A stretch of 59,953 nt of DNA, filler included, from Dimargaris cristalligena (lineage: Eukaryota), in assembly GCA_003614675.1 (NCBI GenBank). It is 5 parts of 5 records of this genome, joined end to end, with 100 filler letters (N's around TTAATTAATTAA, not from the genome) between each part and the next. Parts side by side here need not be neighbours in the genome. Positions count along the whole stretch, not along the records: positions 48,053 to 59,953 come from ML003076.1; 4 more parts are not named here. The stretch is one strand, 5' to 3'. Shown here piece after piece: positions 48,053-59,953 of the stretch; within the stretch, counting starts at the first letter, position 1, and each line of letters starts with the position of its first letter. Position numbers and translations under genes: made by a program. The notes under the pieces are model-generated. The model searched no databases, was not told the origin of the DNA, and worked only from the letters and a program-made list of their open reading frames with translations.

Positions 48053-49675
48053 TACGCATTCGTCCCCGGACCGGGACATGACCAGGTTTTCCGGTTCGTT
48101 GTAAGCGAACCCTTCGTTCTGATCAATGAGCATCTGGCGAATCAGAGGCTTGGCTTCTTGTACGGGCTGGCCAGCGTAAGGGCCGACCAGCATGGTGCCC
48201 TTGTAAAAACCTTCCTTATAGGCGAGCTCCTTGGCTTCAGCCAGCTGGACCTTGTCCTTTTGACTGTTGATCTTGAACTGCTTACACAAAGCGGCGGCGG
48301 TCATGTCACCATACTGCGGGGTGGTCAGAACCGGCACCGGGACGAAGGGCTCGACCCAGGTACGGTCGATTTGGTAGTAGTCGGGCTTCTTGATAAGGTC
48401 CTGCAGGGCGGCGTAGTCATCGGGAGAGTCGCTAGGCACCGAGGTCACGACACCGGTACCCTTGGTGGCCAGCACATTGTCCATGGGCAGCACATAAATA
48501 CCCGAGGAGTACTGGCTAAGCGGGGCCAGGACCTTCGAGCCGATCAGGTCCTTGCCCTGAATGGTGGCTAGCTGGCAGTACTCGCCGTCGACGGGGGAGA
48601 GGCCCTGGAAACACATGTTGCGGGCCGACCGACGGGTGCATACGAATACATCAGTATCGTTGATTTGGAACAGACCGTACTCTAGTTGGGTACCGACGAA
48701 GCAGTTGGTTTGACCGTACATGGTTTCGGGACGCAGGGTAGCGGCCACCAGGTACACGGTCTTTCCCTGCAGGGCGGGCAGCTGGCTCAGTTGGGCCTGG
48801 GCCTGGGGAGACCAGTCCAGTACACGCATCTTGATGCCGGTGTAGTCCTGGGGACCTACCCCTTCGCCACTCTGGCGGTCGTGGTCCATGCAGGGCTGCT
48901 TGTCCACCGGCGAGTAAATAGTGTAGCGCTTGCCAAACTTGATCTTGTTGCGCTCCTTCAGGCGAATAAACTGCCAGCGGGCGAACGAGTCGTAGTAGGG
49001 ATTGGCGTCGGTGGTGATGAAGGACCGGCGCCAGTCAATTTTACAGCCGAGGGCCTTGAGGTCCTCGATGGCCAGGGGAGGGAAGTAGGTCAGCCAGTGC
49101 TGCGGATCAGCGAACTTGTGGATTTCCTCGAGCGGGATCCCCATGGACTGCATGATCTGGAACTGGTACTTGGCACCCGTAGCCTTGGCGGCCACCTTAG
49201 CCGGACGTTTGGGTTTGGGGGCGCTGTCGTTTAATTGAAGCTGGTTGGCGAGGTCCTTGGTCACGGCCTCCACCGGGGTGGAGTCGGCTTCGACCTCCTC
49301 GGGGACCTGGAACTCTCGGCCGAACTTCTCCAGCTCGGCCTTGATTTTGTCAGCACTGGTCTTGATGGGCATACCGGTCACATGGAAGCCGAACGGAAAG
49401 AGGACATTCTTGCCCTTCATGCGCTCGTAGCCGGTGGCAAACTCGACCTTGGAGACGGAGAAGGCATGGCCCAAGTGCAGACGGCCGTTCATGTACGGGA
49501 ACGGGAAATTGGCGAAGTACTTGGGGTACTTGACGTGAAGCTCCTCCAGGGCTACGCTCGAATCCTCGGGGGCCGAGGCTTCGAAGGCCTGGACAGCCTC
49601 CCAGCGGTTCTGGGAGTCCTGCTCGATGGAGCGGAGGAAGTCGCGCTTCTGGAACTTTTTGTTATCCTGTTCCAT
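48053..49675 (-). CDS. CDC60: Cytosolic leucyl-tRNA synthetase; 5' part, truncated by contig end
   Basis: FPYMNGRLHLGH (HIGH-type motif), DWRRSFITTDANPYYDSF, QPCMDHDRQSGEGVGPQ, AATLRPETMYGQTN and the CP1 editing motif GTGVVTSVPSDSPDD. Likely start MEQDNKK at 49675. Confidence 0.96.
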
Positions 49676-50873
49676 GCTGGATTGAGAATTGTTTTGTATA
49701 CACGATACTAGGGTTAGGCGGACTGAAGTGAGATCGCAGTTGCGCTTTCTAAGGAATTGGCAGATGAGAGCTACTGCCAAAGACGGTCGGATATTTTTGA
49801 ATAGAAACGGGGCTAGTGTATAATGACGGAATATATATATATATACTAATAAATAGATAAATCCAAAGCAACCGAAGAGCAAGGAAAGGACCGGGGGAAC
49901 AGTAAGTATATAGGGAGGGCATTGATTTCTTCTATCTCTTTCTCTCTCCCTTTTGCCCAAGCTGTGGAGCATTCAATGCCACAGGGCCAATAATAGGCCA
50001 GATGCAAGAGATTGGCCTGCTATTGCTCTTGCTGCTTCCAACCATCCCACAGGAGGAGGAAATCCAATACTCTGGTATAGTAAATAATATGGGTGAAATT
50101 CTTCAGCTCGGTTGTGTAAGGGTTTAACTGTTATGCGTATGGGAAAATCGGTGGGACGTTTATTTTCAACCAGTAGTATTTGCCTCATCAAATGGATTTT
50201 TCGTTAAACAGCCTGGTTGAACTGCTCCCATATTCAACGATGGTGACTAATTAACTAGTAAAAAAACGCAGGGCCACGCGCTTATTTTCAACCATTGGCC
50301 AGGAAGGAGGAAAGTCTGGGGGTTCAACCAAAATGGCTCTCTCTTCTCCTCCGCACAATAGGACCAGTTGGCAGTCGACCCACGTGACATCTAAAATCCC
50401 AGTAGTGTCTGTAATTGCATTCAATAAACGTCGTACTATTATTATCACCAATACTAGCCACTATATTATGATCTCAATTAGGGATTGCAATTGAACCCGA
50501 ACAGTTGGTTCACCATGCCCTTGGTTCACCGTCACCATAGTTAAGCTCCAACATATTGTTGTGACGGGCAATGCATAAGGATTACTGTGTAAGATTTTTT
50601 TATCAGGCCAGTGGTTGATAGCGTAGATATGGGATGGTGAGGGGAAGGATATGCAATTGAAGTCAGGTTTCAATAGGGGTAAATAAGAAGATGTCAGAGT
50701 GAAAATAGTGCATCGGGAAGCCGGTTATATTACAATAGTGGGGTGGTAGGTGATGATCTGAGTTACCAGGGGTCGGTTACAAAGCGCCCGTTGTTGGATC
50801 CAGAGGGTGGTGGTAATACTTCGGTAGCAATATTGCATGCACGCTTTGGAGTGAGGGATGTATCTATTACTTT

Positions 50874-52071
50874 TTACTCTGTTCTTTTATTAGCGCCTAG
50901 AACAGCCAGCTGGTCGGCCCCATCATTACCCGGGTCGCCACTATGTCCCCGCACTTTGGTAAGTTTAACTGGACCGGCCCGGACTTGTATCTTTTCGAGG
51001 ATGCCCTGGATTATATCGACGTTCACTACATCGCCCCCCGTGGCAGTTTTCCAGTTATTCTTCTTCCACCCGTGATTCCACTTGCGTATACAATCGATGG
51101 AGTACTGACTGTCGGTGCAAATCTCAAGGGGCGTATGTGGGCTAAACATCTCAAGAGCGCACAGGATGGCCGCGAGTTCGGCACGCTGGTTGGTTTGATT
51201 GCCGTCCCATAAAGGTTCACTGATATTGCGGGGATCGTTTGGACCAAAATAAACGCCAATTCCGGCAATAGCCCCTGGACGGCCATTATTGATGGCTGCA
51301 CCGTCAGTGTAAACCCGCTCGTACGATGCGGGCTTAACCGGTGGAACTGACTTGGGCTTAACCGGCAGAGCTGGCTTGGGCTTAACCGGTGGAACTAGCT
51401 TGGGGGCAATCAAATCAGAGTCGGAATAGATCAATTTACCGCAATAAACACACTTGGTGGTTTCGATTGTGACTGATTGCGGTATGTCCGGCAGCGGCCC
51501 CTGGGTCGAGGTTTCCTGGATGAAGCGCTCGGCTTCGAACCGGGAAGTGAACTTTTTATGCACGGCACCCGAGTATTCGGAGACTTGTTGTTGGCAAATG
51601 GCCCTGTAAGAGAACAACATCAATCAATAAATGGGCGCAGGAGTCAGGAAATATGGTGGCCGTGTTAAGCAAAAAGCCGAGAGCACCGTCAATGGGAGGG
51701 CTTATCTGAATTATAGTCCCCAGCAGTAGTAGTTGCATGTATGCCTAGAATCCATTGAGTTGGGAAAACCCCTCAACCATCTTGCCCCGGGAGTTTGCGC
51801 TTGCTAACACCGGGTGGGGGATTCTAAGGAATGCACCAGGAGGGACGGCAGTCTGTACTAACCAGTTGGTGTAAATGCCGGGGTTGTGACCTTTGCGAAC
51901 GGCGTAGTACGCCAGCTTAGGGGCGGTAAGGGGTTGGGTATTTCGATGTGTGGCTCGTTGAGTACGGCGGGACTTGGCCATGCCAGCTCTTCCTTGGCCT
52001 GACAATAAACGGCCGAATGCAGAGAAGGGTTGGGCTAGAAGTAAAGTCCTTGAACGGACGTGAAACGGCAT
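50874..52071 (-). CDS. RNH1: RNase H1 paralogue A (~312 aa; exons 51863-52071, 50874-51603), with putative mitochondrial presequence
   Basis: Hybrid-binding domain YYAVRKGHNPGIYTNW|AICQQQVSEYSGAVHKKF and catalytic domain YTDGA, TNQRAEL, TDSQY, GHSGDPGNDGADQLA. Phase-2 intron GTTAGT...CAG. Confidence 0.92.
51330..51401. repeat. 3 x 24-nt imperfect tandem repeat inside RNase H1-A (PKLVPPVK/PKPALPVK/PKSVPPVK)
   Basis: gggcttaaccgg recurs at 51330, 51354 and 51378. Confidence 0.9.
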
Positions 52072-52951
52072 AGTATGTGCAGTTGTTTTTCCAATATTGA
52101 TAAAAATTAAATAAAACACCGAAAGTAAAATAGTTGATGGAAAAATAAGTGGAAAATGAAGAAATGGTTGTAATATAGGAGAGGGCTACCACCACAGCCC
52201 CTTTTTACCTTTACCTATGGTTAGGCATGCTATGAGGAGGGTGGGATTGTTTGGTGCCTGTCTGTGTACTGTTACGTCTGAGAATGAAAAATGCACCCGA
52301 TGGCCATCAATACTATTTGAAATTAGAGGCCATTTACTTTTTAGTCTCTCAGGAGCCTGCTCCCCCTGCAGATGGGGCCCCCTAATTATTTAATGCTTTA
52401 TTGTGAGTAATCGTTATTGCCCAATGTGTAAAACCAGTGGTCGCGATTCAATTATCCGGTTTTCAATCCCGTCACCGTTTGGGCCTACATTAAAGGCCAA
52501 TCCAAGAGGATCGTTAGGATCTTTTATAAACCTGGATCATGCTGGTTGGCCTGTCGTATGGTTTCTTCACGACCAAGCTGACATGGCACGCATTCTCGTT
52601 CGTATATGGGGTAGCAGACCCGGGGATATTCTGCTAACTACTGGGTGGTTTCGACCCCCGAGCAAGTTGGTCGGCGCAAACACCAACCAACGGTATGGAT
52701 TGCCTGGGGTTGTCAGGAAGGTGTTATTAATTTAAAGCTACGCAGCATGTACTGTGCCAAGGCACTCGCTAAACCAGACATACTCCAGGAAGTCGGCGCC
52801 TGGATGGGGGATAGTCAGGGGCGAATTAATTGGACGTGTCTACATACCCGTTACAATACATGTGGCAATGCTGATCGATTCTTTGGCAATGGGGTATTGT
52901 GGAATTAATTTAATATAAGGTTTATTTCATCTTTCTTGGTATGGTTGGGTG

Positions 52952-54074
52952 TTATATCCGGCCTTTTCTAGCACCTTCCACCGCGAGACGATCGGCCATA
53001 TCATTGCCCGGGTCGCCGCTGTGACCGCGGACTTTGGTGAAGGAAACCGATCCCCCACGGGCTTGGATATTTTGCCGGATGCCTTGAATAACATCGGCAT
53101 TTACGACCTTGGCCCCGGTGGACGTTTTCCAACCATTCTTGTCCCATGCCTTGCACCATTTGGTGATGCAGTCAATGGAGTATTGACTATCCGTGCATAT
53201 TTCAAGGGGTATAGATGGATCGGAAGTTTCCAGTGCCCGCTTGATGGCGGTAAGTTCGGCGCATTGGTTGGTCTGATTAGCATGGAGCAGGGGCTCACTT
53301 ACATTACGAGGGTCGTTGGGACCGTAATAGACCCCGACTCCGGCCCGGGCCCCTTGGCGACCGTTCTTGGAAGCGGCCCCGTCGGTGTAGACCCGTTGCC
53401 GCTCAGTGAGACGCGGTACCAAGTGGCGTAGGGCGAAGCTAGGGACCACCTCCACTCGATTGGGCACGGGCTGGCTCATCTTAAGCTGCTTAATGGGCCT
53501 AATACTAGATGGTCCTGAGACAGTAGTATCACTCGGGTCAAAGGAGCTTGGCAGGCTACGTTTAGCTGATGTTGGCCTTGTGCTCGCTGGGGCTGTGATA
53601 GAAGGCCCAAGTCGAGGTTGGCTCGGCTCACTATACCGCGAGGACCCAGCCGAGACATGCGTGGATGGGGGCGATGCTGACTCATAGAACTTGGTCGTTT
53701 GTGAAAAGCGTTCAGCCTCAGCTAGCGTACCAAATTTCTTATAGGTGGCCCCCGCGAAACCAGTCACTTGCTGTTGGCAGCTAGGCCTAGGTGGTAGGTA
53801 GGTAGATGATATAGGTTCCAAGGCCAACGAGGGTTACAGAAGGGGTAAGCGAATAGCTCGGGGTGGGTTAGAAATATCTCCGACACGGGCTTGTATAAGT
53901 TAAAGGGCTTGGGGGCATTCTTATTGCAGGTGGGCCTGACCCCAGGTAGTAGTGGGTTTCGGAGGGGGTCAGCAGCTAACACATGGTATAATCGAGGTTT
54001 GTTCGTTGGGCAGGTACTAACCAGTCGGGATAGACTCCAGGCCTACGGCCATTGCGAACGGCGTAATAGGGCAT
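52952..54074 (-). CDS. RNH1: RNase H1 paralogue B (~295 aa; exons 54022-54074, 52952-53786)
   Basis: MPYYAVRNGRRPGVYPDW|PSCQQQVTGFAGATYKKF; YTDGA, TNQCAEL, TDSQY, GHSGDPGNDMADRLA. Intron at the same phase-2 Trp codon as A. Confidence 0.92.
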
Positions 54075-54960
54075 GTGGATGTGGGGTGAGGGCTTCAACA
54101 GGTTGGGCGGATTGCGGGCCAGTTGAATGGGAAAGTTGGAGAAGGGGTGGTGATAATGAGCTTAAAGGAAGCCCATGTGTGGAGAATGGGAAACATAAAA
54201 GTTTGAGTTGAAGAGCAGTCGGCGGATTTATTTAGAAAAGGGAGCTTTAGTGGATGGGGTAAGGCTATGGCAGGAGAAATGAGGATATAATTGTAAAGCA
54301 GAGGCCAATTTCCGGGTACCCACCAATATCAACACCATCAAAATCACGCACACTTTCGTCGATTTTATAAGGGAAAATAAATAATAGCGTGCAGAATGCG
54401 GAGCGGCGTAGTTAAACGAACCGACAATGTGTGTGAATAGGCGGAGGTACACACTCACTCCCTTCTCTCATAACCCTTCGACCTTCACGCTGTGTAGAAC
54501 CCCCCCTCCCAATTTATCGATTTTCCTGTCCTGATTAAAGGCTCCCGCCCAAATGAAACCGATCTAAACTGCTTCAACGATGATCTGCTGGTAAAGTTGT
54601 TTGGATTATAACAGGCATTTAGACAGGGACTCGTACTAAGGAGGCTGTATTTGGAATTATGGCGAGTGCAAGCCAACAGCAGAATAGGATCCACGATAAA
54701 ATGCAGTTGTATTAATGGAGATGAGGGGGTTGGTTCATTATTCAGTCAAATTATACCGATCCCGCATCAAAAGGATCCATTAGCCCAGTATATATATATA
54801 TATAATAGCTAGAGCGGTTGATGGTCGCCAATACTGGTAAAGGTTACCACCAGCTAGTGATTTACTCGAGTCAGGAAGCAGCCGTCGCCTCGTAGTATTC
54901 GTATTGATACAGGTTGACTTCGGATTGAAAGTTAGGCAATGCGAACGAAAGGCAACCATT

Positions 54961-56353
54961 CTAAACTATGGTCGTCGTTTTTTTGGCACCTCTAACTGCT
55001 AATCGGTCCGCCTTATTGTTGCCAGGGTCACCACTGTGGGCGCGCACTTTCCTGAATATGACCGATCCTGGCCGAATAGCCAGTACTTGGCGAATATCTT
55101 GAATGACGTCCGCATTCACTACTTTGCTACCAGTGGCCGTTTTCCAGGCGGTGAACTCCCAATGGTAACCCCACTTGGTGATGCAGTTGATGGAATACTG
55201 GCTGTCGGTGCAGATTTCCAGGGGCGTGTTCAGGTCGGCTTTCTCAATGGCACGCTTGATGGCCATGAGCTCAGCACGTTGGTTGGTTTGTCGACCGTCC
55301 AGTAGAGTTTCGCTAACGTTGCGGGGATCCCCAGGCCCGAAATAGACCCCCAGCCCAGCACGGGCATTGCGTCGGCCATTATTGGTGGCGGCACCATCGG
55401 TATAAACCCGCAGGCGTTCGGTGAACCCTGGTGCAGGGTAGTTAGAAGCATAGGTAGGCTCAGGGGGTACATATTTTGGCCTGGGGCGGCTCGATCGTTG
55501 GCGTTTGGCTGACGGTTCATCGCAAGGGGGTATCGGGGCATTGTAGCTAGAATCGGGACAGTCCATGCTACTGCGCTTAGCCGGCCCACTGGCATGAGCC
55601 GTTGGGACGGCGGCATTAAGCCATGGCAAGGCAGGGACACTCCGCCGTTCCAGAGTAGGGGTGGCTAGAGCTAGTGGGTGCATTGGGCCATTAGTTGGCA
55701 TCGCATCTGGATATTGACACCTTACTCCTTCAGCGCGGTCCCAATCGGAATTAGAGAGGGTTAACCATTCCGGCGGAAGTCCAAGAATATCGGACGGTAC
55801 CGGGGCAGATTGATTAGAGCTGAGGTAGCCCGTACCACAGCATTTAGCACACTCGAGGCGGGTCAGCGCTGGTGTAGTATGATTCGGCGCGGAGGAGCTT
55901 GGCTCACTACGCTGAATAGGTAGAGTGAATGTAAAATCAGCGGATTGAGGCATGGCCAGCGATGGTGCGGGAGACGGAACCAGTTGGGAGAAAATTTCGG
56001 CCTCGCCCAGGGTTTTGAATTTTTTATAAATAGCGCCTGAGAACCCGGTGACTTGGTTCTGGCATTGGGGCCTATGGGCATAGTAAAAGCCAAGATAATG
56101 GTGGCCCGTTGGAAGGAATTGGAGGACAGAGGATATATTAAGGAAATCATACCTAGTTCTTTGGACCAAACCTTCAACTAAAGCCCAACCAAATTGGCTG
56201 TTTAAGCTGCATATAGCTCCCTAGTGTACTACAGCGTGGAAGGGAAAGGCCAAAGGGAATCAAAGGAAGTCCAGTTAAGGCACATGTAGTAGGTACTGAC
56301 CAGTCACGGTAAATGCCGGGGGTGCGGCCTTTACGAACGGCGTAATAGCTCAT
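54961..56353 (-). CDS. RNH1: RNase H1 paralogue C (~387 aa; exons 56301-56353, 54961-56071), extended linker
   Basis: MSYYAVRKGRTPGIYRDW|PQCQNQVTGFSGAIYKKF; YTDGA, TNQRAEL, TDSQY, AHSGDPGNNKADRLA. Intron GTCAGT...TAG at the same position. Confidence 0.92.
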
Positions 56354-58249
56354 TTCGGGGGTGGCTGGGGTACTTCAAACCGCCCAGAGAGATCTTCACT
56401 TGGCCGCGGTTCCTTCGACAAGCCAGGCGGGGTTAAATAGTATGAAAGCCAACTTAGTGAGTAGAGGGAATGAAGGAAAGGTAGGTGAAACGCAGCTGAC
56501 TGGTGGCCAATGCAGAGCAATATGAATACCATAGCAACTTAAAGATGGGCTGAAGGGGAAAATTAAATAAGGGTTGAACAAGGGGAGGGTTTAGAGAATT
56601 TTTAAACCCCGTTGCAATCGTCCGGCTCTAAATTCACTCCAACCATTTCAAGCATATGAGGAGTACTCACCATGGGCTTTGGGACTAAATCGTGGGTAGA
56701 GGTAGATAGGCCAAAAAAGACATCCTATCCTATTTGCCCAGGGATTTGGTGGCTGAATCCCTTCTACATTGGGCCTGAGTATGGGCATGCCGCCTCCACA
56801 GGCGAAAGCAGAAGGGATAGTATATATCAGGTTAAAAGACAACAGCTGCAAGCATTGATGGGTTTTATTGGAAGTAAGCGGAGACGAGGTCGATGACTTG
56901 GCCCAGTAGCAAAAAAGACATCAATGAAATATAAATAGTGGTTATCAGTTGAACAAAAATATAAACATTATAGCCAATTGGTAAAGCCAATCAGGCATCA
57001 GCCATGGCAAATAGTCGCCTAAAAGTATTGATGAAACTTGCTCCCATTATGAAACGTCCGATTGGGTTTTCCACTGAAAGATAGGCCATTATCGCCGTTG
57101 GCGGTTGGGACACCAATCCTGCTATAATTAGTCCCTGCTTCCCAAATAGAAAACAGGGTTGGTTTCAAATATTCATACACAAAAAATGAAAAATATATAT
57201 CTGTAACTAAATAATACTAACACGTATGGCCGCTGGACATTGGTAATCTGATGCCAGTCCCGAATATGACCGATAGAGTACCAGGCTCCTCCTCCTGCTT
57301 GTCTGTATCTGCGAATAACCCGGCTGTGATCTTTTCCAACCCAATTCTTATCACTGTGACAGTATAGGTGATCAGTGGCGCACAACAATAAGAACTGATA
57401 CATGTCTTAAATGAATAAAACATGCAATATTTCTATATAACAATGCCTATATATACACATTAGACCATGGCATACAACTCGTATTTCCTCTTCATGCAAC
57501 TTTAACAATTTATATATGGCTGGTAGTTAGTAGGGCAGCAATATAATTTACAGGATAAGCAAGAAAAACCACTATTGATTTAGCAATCTTGTTGTTTATG
57601 GAGGGTGCAGTATAAGGTTCACATAGTATCTATATGGTTTAGGATAGAAAAAATGGAGCTATGCATGGCTAATTCATTGACAATCAGATGAAAGCGCTGA
57701 ACATCGGTGATCTCTGGTCCCACCCAGCCAGGATGATACAGCTAATTCACGGGGGACCAAACAGCATCACGTTGCTAGCCGATCCCTGCCAAGGTAAAAT
57801 GCATCTATTTGTATGTATATTAATTGTACAACTCTCTTATTATATCTAAATAGTTCTAGGAGTTTATGCGCTTGGCATTTCTTTTGTATGTGAAAATTTC
57901 TACTGCTGTACTATAGTAACGACAAGCTGGCATATGAATGAAATAGTCACAGTTACTATTGATGAATACGAAGGGGGGCAAACGAAATGATGGTATATAC
58001 CAAAGGTGCAAGAAATATGATATCAAAGAGTGTTTGATATAATATGAGACGAAAATACCATTTTAACAAATATGTGGCTGTGATATATTTTTTTACCTGG
58101 CATTCATATGTTTTCATTAGAGAGGCTGTTTTGGCAGCTGGGATTGGCCTTACCAAGAAGGTCTGACTAAGAGGGTGATCTTTGCTTACTATATTAAACA
58201 TCACCCAAAGTAAGTACCCTAGCCAAAATGTGATTCAAGAAAATCGGAA

Positions 58250-59890
58250 TTAGGAATCAGGCTTGGGATATTACTTAGGTGAGTGCTGTAAGTGAGTGGC
58301 CAAAGTAACTATAAGGCAACTGCCATTAATTTGATCAATATATATTATTTACTGAATACTTATAGTTATTATTTAGCATATCACAGACTACAGTTATTAT
58401 ACTTACTGGTGACACTATTTGTAGTTTTGGTGCACCCAATACCTGCAATTTGGATAATATGCTAAAATAATTGAATATCCTCTCTATGTCCTTACTAGCC
58501 CTGGTAAATACATATTTTAGCTGGAATAGGAGCCACTACCTTGATCCAACTATTGGAGAGTATTCTTAATAGAATCTACACATTAAGGGAAATATCAGAT
58601 GGAGAGTAGAAGAGTTGAGTCACATTATTAACAGAGGCCCCTCTTCACTTAGGTATTTAGTATGTGGGTTACTTAATTAATTCTGTAAATATAGAGACCA
58701 GACAAACCAGAGTAGAATACATACAGCCTTAATTATAAGGTATTGAATTTCCCAACACCCATGTGTTCAGGACTTAAAATTGGTTGAATGTTATAGTGGT
58801 GCCAATGGTTTGCTACATTAGATATATACTCACTAGGGCTTGTGGGCATAAACTCCGGCTGAATGGACTACCCATATGTAAGCACAGCCCTTGGGGCTGG
58901 TCATTTCAAGCTGATAAGTCTAATGTTAATAGGCAGTGTCTTGCAGCCTGGCTGCCTGGGTGGAAATGTTCAATTTTGGAAGGCCATTAGGATGAGTAAA
59001 AGGCTAAAGTAAAATATGATTATGAGGATACAATGAAAACAGCTGAAAATAGTAGGTAATAAACTGGCCATGTCAGTCTCTGTTTAGGGTTGCTAGCCAT
59101 GCAGCAATCTGGGGGATTACTGGGGTCTTCATCAACCCACTCAACCTCATAACCAATGGTATAGTTACATATTAGATATAAAGCAGTTCATATTGGCACA
59201 TGGTGATTATTCAACAGCCTGAAAAATTGACTAAAGATTTGGACTGGGCAGACTACTAAATAAAAACATGTTTTGTGTAGATTGGTACATGTATGGAATT
59301 GACACAAACAAATACAGAAAGAAGATACAAATTGACCCCTCCAGTGGGTCCTAATAGAAGGGCCTATATCCAGTTCAATGGTAAGCCTGGCCCAGCCATT
59401 AGATATATTATATATATATATATACTTTGTAATGCCCACCTTGGCTGGTGACTATTCCATGGACCAGATATAAAGGTATGCTTGAATGCCATCTATTGAA
59501 ATCCATCTGCCCTGACTTCAAATATGAAAGGAAACACAGGTGAATGTGCTGGTATTTTCAAGTAGTCAAGGCAGAAGTGAAGGTGCATTTCATTGTAGAT
59601 GAGCTGAAATAAGCCATGGTGGTGAACAAAAACCACTTTTTATTGCCTTCTGATAGAAACCAAGAATAATTACCCATCCCACCAAGTTCCCTCTTGGATC
59701 CCGACCTGCCCTTTGCTTAGCAAAAAAGGACCAGCAGCATCAGTAAGAGGTAAAATGGGCAACTATAAGTAATTACCTTTATTGTAATGGTATGCAGGTA
59801 CTGCATAGTACTAAGACCAATAGAAAGTCAGTTTAAGCAAGCCAGCTATGGTGAACTTACCACATTTTTTACCTACTTTTATTTTTAATC
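58250..59890. other. AT-rich, strongly CpG-depleted tract; probable methylated and decayed repeat or transposon relic
   Basis: Only two CG dinucleotides counted by eye in ~1.64 kb (near 58856 and 59702), while GC, TG and CA are common. No long ORF; family not recognised. Confidence 0.5.
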
Positions 59891-59953
59891 CATTTTTCGC
59901 ACTTATCGGAAGTACGCCCCTGACAAGTGAATGAGCCCCTGCCCCTGCCCCTG

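Noticed and set aside
36051-49675. NRPS next to LeuRS or a transporter, suggesting a self-resistance gene cluster
   Set aside because: The genes lie on different contigs separated by artificial spacers
49676-49972. ~99-aa N-terminal extension of LeuRS in the ORF track
   Set aside because: It runs through AG and TA microsatellites and TATA-like promoter sequence; homology begins at MEQDNKK (49675)
50874-56353. RNase H ORFs as retrotransposon pol fragments
   Set aside because: Each has a spliceosomal intron and the N-terminal hybrid-binding domain of cellular RNase H1; no RT, integrase, gag or LTRs nearby

Overview
Eukaryotic (fungal) genomic DNA with GT-AG introns and fungal-type housekeeping genes. 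The mix of an intronless NRPS and GC3-rich housekeeping genes suggests an early-diverging fungus such as Zoopagomycota/Dimargaris; this is inference only. The window is not one locus. It is five unrelated contigs of descending length (1-11923, 12024-23937, 24038-35950, 36051-47952, 48053-59953) joined by artificial 100-nt N44-TTAATTAATTAA-N44 spacers, so adjacency across spacers means nothing. Contig 1: PRPP synthetase and the 5' part of glycine decarboxylase P-protein. Contig 2: the 3' end of a PAQR/hemolysin-III gene, a candidate Kex2-processed secreted micropeptide, and a large FUSC/ArAE-like membrane protein. Contig 3: NOT4 (6 exons, truncated), a GPI-anchored 6-Cys protein and CCT2. Contig 4: a >2960-aa intronless NRPS with an epimerization domain and an in-frame degenerate A-T-C module, preceded by a diverged ~385-bp inverted duplication with a conserved TATA+hairpin core. 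Contig 5: cytosolic LeuRS (truncated), a tandem array of three apparently intact RNase H1 paralogues with different targeting signals and linkers, and a nearly CpG-free tract. The strongest leads are the RNase H1 triplet, the NRPS pseudo-module, the secreted micropeptide and the inverted duplication.
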